From assembly GCA_028704015.1 (NCBI GenBank), contig JAQVLT010000003.1, forward strand, positions 36,997 to 100,996: 64,000 nucleotides of DNA. The letters run 5' to 3'. Below the pieces are notes generated by a model. The model did not search any database. It saw only the letters and a program-made list of their open reading frames with translations, and was not told the origin of the DNA. This stretch comes from Patescibacteria group bacterium (lineage in GTDB: Bacteria > Patescibacteriota > Patescibacteriia > Patescibacteriales > JAQVLT01). The translations under genes were made by a program, and so were the position numbers. Of this stretch, positions 26,025 through 34,957 are shown piece after piece (position 1 is the stretch's first letter; each line of letters begins with the position of its first letter).

Positions 26025-27509
26025 ATGGACGAACGGTATACCATAGAAAAAATTACGAAAATCTGGTCGACTGAGAACAAGCTCAGTCTCTGGCAAAAAA
26101 CCGAACTCATGGCAATCAAAGCCAGGGTGATTCTCGGCCTTGTCGCCGAGACGATTTTCCTGAAGATCGAGGAAACGCTCAAGCGAATCCCGATTGACAT
26201 CCCGTGGTGGAAAAACCGCGACAAAGAGATCCGCCACGACCTTAACGCCTTTCTCGATGAGAGACTCCGTCACCTGACCGAGGAATTACAGCGCTACCTG
26301 CACGAGGACATGACCTCCTACGATACGGAGGAACCGGCTTTTGTGTGCATGCTCAGGGAGTCAGTGCAGATTGTCATCAGGAGTCTGGAAGAAGTCTGCA
26401 AAACTCTGAAAGCAATGGCACTCAAATACCGCTACACAATCATGAACGCCAGAACCCACGGACAGGAAGCCAAGCTGCAAAGCTTTGGTAAAAGATGCCT
26501 TACCTGGTACGTGATTTTGCAATTAGACCTCAACAACCTGAAGAATACGGTCAGTTCTCTCAAGTATGCCAAGCTTTCCGGCGCTGCCGGGAACTACGGC
26601 GACATGGATCCGGCGGTGGAGATCGAAACTCTGAAACAGCTTGGATTCGAACCGCTCTACGGCACACCCCAGATCCTTCCCCGCGAGCTTTTTGCTCCAC
26701 TGGCGCAAGCGCTCTGCCAGATCGTGCAGTCGTTGGACAAAATCGCGACCGATATTAGATTAGGCGCGCGTAGTGGACGGCCGATCTTGCAAGAGCCGTT
26801 CGGAAAAAAGCAAAAGGGCTCTTCCGCCATGCCGCATAAAAAAAACACCATCCGCACCGAGCAGATGGAAGGCATGGCGCGCATGGCGCGCGGCTACATG
26901 AATATGATCCTGGAAGCGATCAAAACCTGGGAAGAACGGGCTATTGAACAATCCTGCGTGGAAAGAGTGGCCTGGCCTGATCTCTTCCATGTGGTCGTTC
27001 ATTCACTGAAAACCATGAACGCAGTACTAACCGGCCTAACCGTTTATCCCGACAATATGCTTCTGGAAATCGCTGATTCCTGCGGAACTTACGCTTCGGA
27101 AGAAGCAAAAAAGCTTCTCCGGGAATTCCTGGCGGAACGCGGATTGTCAAGCGAAGTGGCCTACCGTATCGTGCAACTCGCCGCCTTCAATGCTCTGGAA
27201 CTTAGCGGCGGTTTCCAAAGATTGCGTGATGGCATTCCTTCAACGATAGAAGAAGCGGAAGTGGCGTTAAAGGAAGCTTCTAGTTTGGATCGACCAAGGA
27301 GAGAAAGCATCCAGGACATCATCCCTTTAGGCCATTTGCGCCACTCACCCCAACTCGAAGCTACCGAGAAAGAAATCGAGGGATGGAACGTGATGCTGTT
27401 CACCATCTTCTCGAGTCGCAGAATTCGCGATCGCTGGAACCAAATCTTCCGGCCGTCATACCAGCTAAGACGCGAACCTTTTCTCTACGAAAAGATACTT
27501 GGAAAATAA
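26025..27509 (+). CDS. purB: adenylosuccinate lyase
   Basis: Fumarate-lyase signature GSSAMPHKKNT. N-terminus RYTIEKITKIWSTENK. Confidence 0.9.
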   Translation: MDERYTIEKITKIWSTENKLSLWQKTELMAIKARVILGLVAETIFLKIEETLKRIPIDIPWWKNRDKEIRHDLNAFLDERLRHLTEELQRYLHEDMTSYDTEEPAFVCMLRESVQIVIRSLEEVCKTLKAMALKYRYTIMNARTHGQEAKLQSFGKRCLTWYVILQLDLNNLKNTVSSLKYAKLSGAAGNYGDMDPAVEIETLKQLGFEPLYGTPQILPRELFAPLAQALCQIVQSLDKIATDIRLGARSGRPILQEPFGKKQKGSSAMPHKKNTIRTEQMEGMARMARGYMNMILEAIKTWEERAIEQSCVERVAWPDLFHVVVHSLKTMNAVLTGLTVYPDNMLLEIADSCGTYASEEAKKLLREFLAERGLSSEVAYRIVQLAAFNALELSGGFQRLRDGIPSTIEEAEVALKEASSLDRPRRESIQDIIPLGHLRHSPQLEATEKEIEGWNVMLFTIFSSRRIRDRWNQIFRPSYQLRREPFLYEKILGK

Positions 27510-27535
27510 CCCCCCCCACCGAAAGGAGACCGCCC

Positions 27536-28093
27536 ATGAATCCTAAATTTGTACCGCAAGTCGTAATCATCGCCGGAAGCGACACGGATCTCAAAGCGAT
27601 TGAAGATGCCGGTATGTTGAAGGCCTTCCAGGAAATGAGCATAACCTACGCTCTTTCCTTTCTCTCCGCACACCGCCATCCTGATGATCTGAAGAACTAT
27701 TTACTCGCCATGGAAAAGGAAGGTACTCTAGTTTTCATCGGGATCGCCGGCATGTCCGCTGCTCTTCCTGGAGATATGTCAGCAATTCTCAAAAACAAAC
27801 GTCCTGTCATCGGAGTTCCTTTGATCGCACCCGACGGATTCAGCGGTCTGGATGCTCTTTTCTCCATGATCCGTTTGCCAGCAAGCACTGCCGTGGCCGT
27901 CCCGGGAATCGGCAAAGCAGGACTGAAAAACGCGACGATCCTTGCTTGCCAGATTCTTGGAGTAGAGCGGCCCGAAACACAGGTCGCTTTGAACAACTAC
28001 CTCACGAAAAAAGCGGCCAAAAAGCCACCCCAACCCGACTTCGAAATTTTTAACGGGAAAACCGTTCACCACCAACATAAAGGAGGAGCATAA
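27536..28093 (+). CDS. purE: PurE (AIR carboxylase / N5-CAIR mutase family)
   Basis: VVIIAGSDTDL, SAHRHPDD, AGMSAALPG, PVIGVPL. The ORF track starts at 27383, but ATG 27536 follows GAAAGGAGA. Confidence 0.85.
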   Translation: MNPKFVPQVVIIAGSDTDLKAIEDAGMLKAFQEMSITYALSFLSAHRHPDDLKNYLLAMEKEGTLVFIGIAGMSAALPGDMSAILKNKRPVIGVPLIAPDGFSGLDALFSMIRLPASTAVAVPGIGKAGLKNATILACQILGVERPETQVALNNYLTKKAAKKPPQPDFEIFNGKTVHHQHKGGA

Positions 28094-28096
28094 CCC

Positions 28097-28987
28097 ATGA
28101 TCCAGCCCCTGTTCGAAACCAACTTTCCCGGCCTTCCCGTTCCTCGTCGCGGCAAAGTCCGCGACATCTATGACCTAGGTGATTTTCTGCTCATGGTCGC
28201 CACTGACCGGCTATCAGCTTTCGACGTGGTCATGAAGGACCCGATCCCAGGTAAAGGCATTACCCTCACGCAGATGACCTTGTTCTGGCTGGAAATGTTC
28301 GCAGATATGGTGTTGAACCACTTGGTTACGGCTGATCCCGCCCAGTACCCGGACATCTGCAAACCCTACGCCGACATTCTTGTCGGCCGCAGCATGCTGG
28401 TCAAAAAATGTGCGCCCCTGCCAGTGGAATGCATCGTCCGCGGCTACCTTAGCGGTTCCGGCTGGAATGATTACAAAAAGACCGGATGCGTCTGCGGCAT
28501 CCAGCTTCCGCCCGGCCTTCTGGAATCGGCGCAGCTTCCTGAACCGATTTTCACGCCTTCTACCAAGGCTGAGCAGGGCAAGCACGACGAGAACATTTTG
28601 TTTGAACAAGCAGTAAAACTACTCAGCCGCGAGACCGCAGAAAAAATCCAAAAACTCTCACTCGCGCTCTACCAACGGGCCGCGGCTCATGCCCGCAGAC
28701 GCGGCATCATCATAGCGGACACGAAATTCGAGTTCGGGCTTGATAAAGACGGCAACATCGTGCTGATAGACGAGGTTCTCACCTCGGATTCATCCAGGTT
28801 TTGGCCCGCCGCCCAATACGAACCCGGACATGGCCAGCCGAGCTTTGACAAACAAGGCGTCCGCGACTTTCTGGTTAAGATCGGCTGGGACAAAAAGCCG
28901 CCTGCACCCAAACTCCCGATCGGCGTCATCGCCGAGACGCGCGAGAAGTACCTGAAGGCTCTCCGCCTCCTCACCGGCCAATTCTAA
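28097..28987 (+). CDS. purC: SAICAR synthetase
   Basis: GKVRDIYD, LIDEVLTSDSSRFW. Confidence 0.92.
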   Translation: MIQPLFETNFPGLPVPRRGKVRDIYDLGDFLLMVATDRLSAFDVVMKDPIPGKGITLTQMTLFWLEMFADMVLNHLVTADPAQYPDICKPYADILVGRSMLVKKCAPLPVECIVRGYLSGSGWNDYKKTGCVCGIQLPPGLLESAQLPEPIFTPSTKAEQGKHDENILFEQAVKLLSRETAEKIQKLSLALYQRAAAHARRRGIIIADTKFEFGLDKDGNIVLIDEVLTSDSSRFWPAAQYEPGHGQPSFDKQGVRDFLVKIGWDKKPPAPKLPIGVIAETREKYLKALRLLTGQF

Positions 28988-29016
28988 CACCAACCGCTCC
29001 TTTCTTCACTTCTAAC

Positions 29017-29073
29017 CCGTGGACTTTCGCATTACTCACCATCCGAGTTCTAGCGAAATCCACGGTTTTTTTT
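29017..29073 (+). terminator. hairpin CCGTGGACTTTCGC...GCGAAATCCACGG plus T8
   Basis: Read directly. Marks the right edge of the GC-rich block. Confidence 0.6.
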
Positions 29074-29206
29074 ATTAAAAAATAGTAAACAATAATCAGT
29101 AAAAAAATTAACAGTGTAATTTTCTATTTACTAATTACTATTTACTATTCCCAAAAAATACTTATCACACGTTACGAGTTATGAGATACGCGATATGTGA
29201 TACGAG

Positions 29207-30253
29207 TTAAACGTTCTGCCCCTCCCCTTTTTTCTCAAAAATATCTTTAAGAAATACGCTAATTACCGTCGTAAAAGGAATGGACAAAACGGCGCCAACC
29301 ACGCCAGCTAATTTAAAACCGATAAGCAAAGCAATAATTATCACGATCGGATTTAGACCTACAAATTTTTGCATTAATTTTGGAATAATAATATTACTTT
29401 CCACTAAATGAATAACATAAAAAAGAATCAGAACAAATAATGCTAACATAGGTGATTGCGCGAGAGCTAAAAATATTGCGGGAATAGCTGCCAAAAAAGG
29501 CCCAAGGTAAGGAATAAATTCAATAATTCCCGCAATCAAGGCCAAAACCAAGGCATAGCGAACTCCCAATATTGATAAACCTGAAAAAGCTAAAACAAAA
29601 ATTATCAAAGATAAAATTAGCTGGCCGCGCAACCACAGGCCGATTTTTATTTGCATGCGATTGACAAGTTTCAAAATATACGGCTGATGATGCTCAGGCG
29701 CGATTGACCAAATAATTTTTTTGAGAGCGTTTTCTTCCGCCGCCATATAAAAAGTAATCACTAAAACTAAAATAAAAGAAAAAATATTGCCAAAAATTCC
29801 CGATACCGTAGAATAAACTCCGCCAGCCGTAAGTTCTAGGCTGGAACTCAAAGAATTTATCCCTGCTTTTAAATTATCTAGCAAATTATGGCTAATGGCA
29901 TAATTTTTAAACATTGAAAAAGCGGAAATAACTTTTTCAAAATAATGCGGAAAATTTTGTGCTAAATCGGTTAACTGGCGAATAATCGGCGGCACCGCCA
30001 AATAAACAATACCACCAACAAAAATTAAAACCGCTCCATAAATAAAAACAATCCCCAGGGTTCTCGGAATTTTTTTCTTCTGCATCCAATCAACCCATGG
30101 ATCAATAGCGCTTGATAAAACTAAGGCGGCAAATAAAATTGCCACGATATCACGCACCAAAAACAAAAAATAAAGCGCTAAAACAATAATAATAGTTTTG
30201 AATATTGTAGCGGAAGAAATATTTATATTGTAATCTTTTTTTTCTTCTGACAT
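29207..30253 (-). CDS. AI-2E family (PerM/UPF0118) transporter
   Basis: 348 aa, about 8 TM, C-terminal LAGVVGAVLSIP pattern. Confidence 0.8.
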   Translation of the reverse strand: MSEEKKDYNINISSATIFKTIIIVLALYFLFLVRDIVAILFAALVLSSAIDPWVDWMQKKKIPRTLGIVFIYGAVLIFVGGIVYLAVPPIIRQLTDLAQNFPHYFEKVISAFSMFKNYAISHNLLDNLKAGINSLSSSLELTAGGVYSTVSGIFGNIFSFILVLVITFYMAAEENALKKIIWSIAPEHHQPYILKLVNRMQIKIGLWLRGQLILSLIIFVLAFSGLSILGVRYALVLALIAGIIEFIPYLGPFLAAIPAIFLALAQSPMLALFVLILFYVIHLVESNIIIPKLMQKFVGLNPIVIIIALLIGFKLAGVVGAVLSIPFTTVISVFLKDIFEKKGEGQNV

Positions 30254-30267
30254 AACTTATTTAGCTT

Positions 30268-30531
30268 TTAGCTGTTAGGTGTTAGCTTTGAGCTTATTGG
30301 TTCCAATACTAGCATATAAGCCGTACTATCTAAAATATTATTATACCAAGCAAATAGTAAATCATTCTCTTTTATTTTTGATCTTTTGGGAGTAGAAGGA
30401 TCATTATACCAAAACATACCATTTTGATATTTTGTAATAACAATGAAATGCCCCGTTTCGCTAAAATCTCCCTCTCGAAACAAAAATGTTCTTACTGCTA
30501 TAATAACTGGTAATTTTTTTCTTAAAATCAA
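30268..30531 (-). CDS. C39-like peptidase C-terminal fragment (possible gene remnant)
   Basis: 87 aa. GHFIVITKYQNGMFWYNDP resembles the His-containing half of peptidase_C39_2. No N-terminal Cys region. Confidence 0.35.
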   Translation of the reverse strand: MILRKKLPVIIAVRTFLFREGDFSETGHFIVITKYQNGMFWYNDPSTPKRSKIKENDLLFAWYNNILDSTAYMLVLEPISSKLTPNS

Positions 30532-30553
30532 CCTTAAAGCTAAAAGCTCTAAG

Positions 30554-31093
30554 CTATAACCTACGCAGCCATTTTAATATTCCCCAAGCAATAGCGCCGC
30601 CGGCAATAGCGGTAAAAAATTGCATCCAGCCCATCATCTGCGCGATTTTTATGGTTAAATCTTCTTTGACAATAATCCTGGCCACCATATTTATTGAAGC
30701 ATAAAGAAAAATAAATTTTAACAACGCGCCGGTAAACACTCCAATCCAATAACCTTTTTTATCATCTTTGAAATTATAGTAAATCCAATCAATAGCTAAA
30801 ATAAAAATTACATTGCTAATCATAATAAACGGCAAAGCTGGCGCAAAAACTGCCGGTAAAAGTCCGCTGGTTAGCGCCATAATACTCGGAATAAAACACG
30901 CGATTAAAGCGCTCCGCAATCCTACTAAAATTAAAATTAAAATCAACAATGCATTGATTATTGGGCCGGTAAACCATTGGATGTGGATATAGAAAGGTAA
31001 AAGCATTACCAAGCCAACCATGGCTAAAAATTGAGCAATAGTCCGCGCGTTCACCTGTTCAAAAGTTTGTTCTTGAAAATAACGCATGTTCAA
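30554..31093 (-). CDS. small polytopic membrane protein, ECF-transporter S-component-like
   Basis: 179 aa, 5-6 TM. The assignment is by general resemblance only. Confidence 0.35.
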   Translation of the reverse strand: MNMRYFQEQTFEQVNARTIAQFLAMVGLVMLLPFYIHIQWFTGPIINALLILILILVGLRSALIACFIPSIMALTSGLLPAVFAPALPFIMISNVIFILAIDWIYYNFKDDKKGYWIGVFTGALLKFIFLYASINMVARIIVKEDLTIKIAQMMGWMQFFTAIAGGAIAWGILKWLRRL

Positions 31094-31112
31094 AATTTAA
31101 GAATAAACGACG

Positions 31113-31403
31113 CTAAAATTTTACTAATTTTACCACTACACCGCTTACACTTTTAATTTCCTGCTCTAGAAGTTTTATTTTACTCGCTTCGCCCTCCACT
31201 ACCAAATTAATCAATCCGGTGCAATGCGCAATGCAAACCGGCTGAACATTTATCCCTAACCGCGCGGTAATCAAATGACCTTCTCTGGTAAAAATCTTTT
31301 GCAATTTGTCGGCCTGCTTCTGTCGATCTGGGAGTAGAATACTAATTGTGGCTAATTTTTTTTTGGGCATATTATTTTTTAATTTTTTTATTTTTTTGCT
31401 CAT
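31113..31403 (-). CDS. ACT-like small protein resembling the TM1266 putative iron-only-hydrogenase system regulator
   Basis: 96 aa. ISILLPDRQ...LITARLGINV...INLVVEG...VVVKLV pattern. Located next to hydA. Confidence 0.4.
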   Translation of the reverse strand: MSKKIKKLKNNMPKKKLATISILLPDRQKQADKLQKIFTREGHLITARLGINVQPVCIAHCTGLINLVVEGEASKIKLLEQEIKSVSGVVVKLVKF

Positions 31404-32010
31404 CTTTTAATTTGGTAACTATAGCCCTTTTACCATCCCAATCAGCTCTTAGAAAGTTCTCAACCGAACAATAATTGCCAGAAAAATCTCCCTCATATTT
31501 AACTTCGGATTCAGTGGGAGTGCTGCCAATTAATAAATGAAAAATTCTATATTGTTTACAGTCAGAAAAAATTTCTTGAAGTAAAATTTTAAAGTCACTA
31601 ATAATACTGTCACATTCTAATGCTTCATTTTCGTTCCTTTGGTCTATAGAGTCAATTTCTTTATACATTTTGTCATACAAATTCCTCATGTTATATAGCC
31701 ATAACTCTTGAATTAATTTAAGTCGATCTTCTTTGGATTTTGCCAAAAAATCTTTAATTGAAAATTTGCCTGTCAAATCTGTATTAATTCTTTCTTTGCC
31801 TTCGATAATATCACCACCAACCAAAGCTTGATACAAATTATAATTACGAATGTCAGGAACTAACTCTTCTAGCAATCGGGTAAATGGTTCAAGTTGTTTA
31901 TCATAAAGTCTGTCATCATTTTCAACTTCCCCCACGACTTGATCAGCAATCTCCTGAATTTCCTTTATGCTATAATTTTTTTCCTCTTGTATTATTGCTT
32001 TTTCATCCAT
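31372..32010 (-). CDS. hypothetical acidic protein with an internal duplication
   Basis: 212 aa. The segments YNLYQALVGG..DLTGKFSIKDFLA and YRIFHLLIGS..DFSGNYCSVENFLR are repeats. Confidence 0.5.
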   Translation of the reverse strand: MDEKAIIQEEKNYSIKEIQEIADQVVGEVENDDRLYDKQLEPFTRLLEELVPDIRNYNLYQALVGGDIIEGKERINTDLTGKFSIKDFLAKSKEDRLKLIQELWLYNMRNLYDKMYKEIDSIDQRNENEALECDSIISDFKILLQEIFSDCKQYRIFHLLIGSTPTESEVKYEGDFSGNYCSVENFLRADWDGKRAIVTKLKDEQKNKKIKK

Positions 32011-32063
32011 ATTTTTTAACTATTTAATTAATAACTAATTATCCCAATCTCCTCATAACCCAA

Positions 32064-33929
32064 TCATGTTCTTTTTACATACGTCGTATGTAAAACTTTA
32101 TGTTCCAAATCTTTATTTTTCTTAAGCCAATCAAGCGCTTCTATTACTCCTTTATTTTCATGCGCGCGCCTGACCTTTTTATCTTTATCAATTTTATAAA
32201 GCGCTTCAATACGTTTCCGGCGAATTTCCTGCGTTGTTGGGATTGGCTGTCCGCCGCCGCCGATGCAGCCGCCCGGACAGGCCATTACTTCAATATAATC
32301 ATAATTATTAAGATTTTTTAAAACTTCGTCAACACAGCCGATGCCGTTTACCACAGCCACGCGTAATTTCTTTCCCGCCACGGTTACCGTAGCCTCTTTC
32401 ACTCCTTCCAGTCCCCTAACTTCTTTAAAATCAATCCGGCGCTCGCAGATTTTTGCTTTACTTTTTTCACAAGCTAAGGCCTGTGCGGCTCGCAAGGCTG
32501 ATTCCATTACACCTCCGCTTCCGCCGTAAAGCACGGCGGAGCCGGAAAATTCTCCCAAAGGATTGTCGGCGGTTGTTTTCTCTATATTGGCAAAATCAAT
32601 ATTATTTTTTTTCATGAGCCAGGCAAACTCGCGCGTGGTAATCACGTAATCAACCGGCGCGTTGCCATTAATCTTCAATTCCGGACGCGAAACTTCAAAC
32701 TTTTTTGCTGTGCACGGCATCACTGAAACTACGATAATGTCTTTTGGTTTAATGCCCATTTTTTCCGCCCAATAAGTTTTTACTAATCCGCCGTTATGAA
32801 CATGCGGGGAACGAGCTGTGGTTAAATTCGGAATCAACTTCGGATGATAAAATTCTACATATTTCACCCAGGCTGGACAACAGGAAGTAATCATCGGCAC
32901 CTCCCCCCCGTCCCCTCTCCTAATTAGGAGAGGGGTGGCGGAGCCGGGGAGAGGTTTGCGGATACGAGCCAGTCTTTCTAATAATTCCTCCGCTTCCACC
33001 ATCGTTGTCACATCCGCGGCAAAACTGGTATCAAAAACATAATCAAAGCCCAAAGCCCGCAAAGCTGAAACAATTTGTTCGGTTACTATCTGGCCATAAG
33101 GCAAACCAAATTCCTCGCCAATACTCACACGAATTGATGGCGCGAATTGCGCCACTACCACTTTATTTTCTGACTTTTTCTTCTTCAAAATTTCTTCCAC
33201 TTTATCCCAATGCGCTTGTTCCTGCGCCGCGCCCACCGGACAATGCAGGGCACACTGGCCGCAATAAATGCAATCAATTGATTTATTTTTTTCTGACAAT
33301 AAATCTTTCGCGCGAAACAATGGCGGCTCTAATATTTTATTACTTTTGAGTGGTATTATTTCTTGTTCACTTCCCTTGCCTTTTAATTCTAGATAGTTTA
33401 TCTTCTGCATCAACGAACAAGCGTCAAGGCAATTGCGACAATCAATGCATTGCGTACCGTCAATTTCCACGGCATTAGAAAATTTATAAATTTTTCTCTT
33501 TCCTTTACGGTCAGGGAAACGGCAAATTTCCAGTTTGTATCGGTCTGCTAAATTCAAGAGTTCGCAATTCACGCGCCAGATGCAAGTCGGGCATTTTTCA
33601 ATATGCTCGGCAAAAATTAATTCAATATTCAGGTTGCGCGCTTTCTTCACCCGATCCGTGTCAGTGCGTATTTCCATACCGCTTTTAACTTTGGTTTTAC
33701 ATGACATTGCTAATTTTGCTCGACCATTAATTTCTACGCAGCAAACACGGCAATTGGCTTTTGGCGGAAAATCTGGATGGCTGCAAAGCGCTGGAATAAA
33801 AATATCGTTTTGGCGCGCTACATTTAAAATCGTCCGCCCTTCTTCGCATTTTATTACCTTATTATTAATTTTTATTTTTACCTTTTTCATAATTTTATTT
33901 AAAACATTCACAAATTGTTTTTCTGTCAA
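32064..33929 (-). CDS. hydA: [FeFe]-hydrogenase catalytic subunit (HydA/HndD-like)
   Basis: 2Fe-2S and 4Fe-4S Cys clusters. H-cluster motifs TSCCPAW, MPCTAKKFE, ACPGGCIGGGGQP. Alternative start at ATG 33890 (MKKVKIKIN). Confidence 0.88.
   Translation of the reverse strand: MTEKQFVNVLNKIMKKVKIKINNKVIKCEEGRTILNVARQNDIFIPALCSHPDFPPKANCRVCCVEINGRAKLAMSCKTKVKSGMEIRTDTDRVKKARNLNIELIFAEHIEKCPTCIWRVNCELLNLADRYKLEICRFPDRKGKRKIYKFSNAVEIDGTQCIDCRNCLDACSLMQKINYLELKGKGSEQEIIPLKSNKILEPPLFRAKDLLSEKNKSIDCIYCGQCALHCPVGAAQEQAHWDKVEEILKKKKSENKVVVAQFAPSIRVSIGEEFGLPYGQIVTEQIVSALRALGFDYVFDTSFAADVTTMVEAEELLERLARIRKPLPGSATPLLIRRGDGGEVPMITSCCPAWVKYVEFYHPKLIPNLTTARSPHVHNGGLVKTYWAEKMGIKPKDIIVVSVMPCTAKKFEVSRPELKINGNAPVDYVITTREFAWLMKKNNIDFANIEKTTADNPLGEFSGSAVLYGGSGGVMESALRAAQALACEKSKAKICERRIDFKEVRGLEGVKEATVTVAGKKLRVAVVNGIGCVDEVLKNLNNYDYIEVMACPGGCIGGGGQPIPTTQEIRRKRIEALYKIDKDKKVRRAHENKGVIEALDWLKKNKDLEHKVLHTTYVKRT
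32898..32958. repeat. 57-60-nt nested palindromic element, in frame in hydA
   Basis: ACCTCCCCCCCGTCCCCTCTCCTAATTAGGAGAGGGGTGGCGGAGCCGGGGAGAGGT. Near-identical to 42044-42100. Confidence 0.85.
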
Positions 33930-34938
33930 AATTTTCTACTTTTATTTTTTCGTCAGATAATTTAGTAAACACATTCTTCATGTAAGATTTTATTGGCAAA
34001 GGCAAAGCCATGCCCAAACCGCACAAAGCCGTTTCGCTTAAATTATTCAAAACATCAAAAAATAGCTGCCAATCAATTTTTTCAGAATTGATAATTTCAT
34101 TCAACCGATAAATTCCTTCCCGGCAAGGCGTGCACTGTCCGCAAGATTCTTTTTGAAAAAATTCCAACCAATATTTGATTAATTTCTTGGGCTGGTGCTT
34201 GGAAATATTATGCACTGTGATTAATCCCGCGCCACTCGCCGGATTTTTCAATTGTTTGGAATTCAAAACCTCTCCGGAAGCATCTCCACCCACTTGGACA
34301 AAGAAAGGAAAATCGGGATAATTTTTTGTCATCTTCAAAATTTTTTCAATTGTTTCATCGTCAGAAAATTCATAAACTCCGGGCTTAAAAGACTCGCCGC
34401 CGATGGTATAAAATCTTTTATTTTTATATTCGCCATCGTTAACCAAACTGACATTATAAAAAGTTTCTACATTGTTAATCAAAGTTGGGCAACCAAAAAG
34501 TCCGGCGGTTGTGGGAAATGGCGGCCGCAAGCGCGGTTCCACGCGGCAACCCTCAATCGCGTTGAGCAATGACGACTCTTCGCCGCCAATATAACCCGAA
34601 CCAACCGGTTTTATAAAAAATTCTATTGGCAATTGGCCGATCGCATTTTCTAATTTATTGCCATATTTTTTATGGTAATCATGATTAATATAGAAATACG
34701 CTTTCTCGGCGCCAAGAAAATCAATGGCCAATTTAATGCCACCAATTACTCTTCCGGGATAATTTTCCAAAATATACCCATCCTTTTTTACTCCCGGCTC
34801 GCCTTCGCTGGCATTGCATACCACAAATTTTCTTTTTCCCGGAACATCTTTAACCATGCCCCACTTTATTGCGGTTGAAAAACAAGCGCCACCGCGACCG
34901 ACTAATTTAGCTTTTTTAATTTTATTTAAAATCGACAT
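33895..34938 (-). CDS. NuoF-like flavoprotein subunit (HydB/HndC-like, minimal)
   Basis: GRGGACFSTAIKW, GGEESSLLNAIEG, SCGQCTPCREG. Confidence 0.85.
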   Translation of the reverse strand: MSILNKIKKAKLVGRGGACFSTAIKWGMVKDVPGKRKFVVCNASEGEPGVKKDGYILENYPGRVIGGIKLAIDFLGAEKAYFYINHDYHKKYGNKLENAIGQLPIEFFIKPVGSGYIGGEESSLLNAIEGCRVEPRLRPPFPTTAGLFGCPTLINNVETFYNVSLVNDGEYKNKRFYTIGGESFKPGVYEFSDDETIEKILKMTKNYPDFPFFVQVGGDASGEVLNSKQLKNPASGAGLITVHNISKHQPKKLIKYWLEFFQKESCGQCTPCREGIYRLNEIINSEKIDWQLFFDVLNNLSETALCGLGMALPLPIKSYMKNVFTKLSDEKIKVENFDRKTICECFK

Positions 34939-34957
34939 AAATATTATTATACAAAAT

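Noticed and set aside
15780-29075. GC-rich blocks as assembly chimeras from a co-binned organism
   Set aside because: This cannot be excluded without reads. I consider it less likely because the blocks are short and are bounded by host-type terminators, tRNA genes and the dispersed repeat family. They are also driven by AT-rich consensus promoters contiguous with host sequence. The check is listed under the relevant findings.
23355-29150. Similar TAGTAAACA.TAAT.AGTAAA ... ATTTACTAATTACT hairpin blocks at 23362-23440 and 29082-29150, flanking the tRNAs plus pur islet like att sites
   Set aside because: The same ATTACT/AGTAAA word family also occurs at 6985-7030. Other spacers have analogous low-complexity hairpins and no integrase is present. 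They are more likely generic spacer hairpins than recombination sites.
32898-32958. The RGD tripeptide (cell-adhesion motif) encoded by the repeated element
   Set aside because: It is a by-product of translating AGGAGAGGGGAC in cytoplasmic enzymes. There is no reason to infer integrin-type function.
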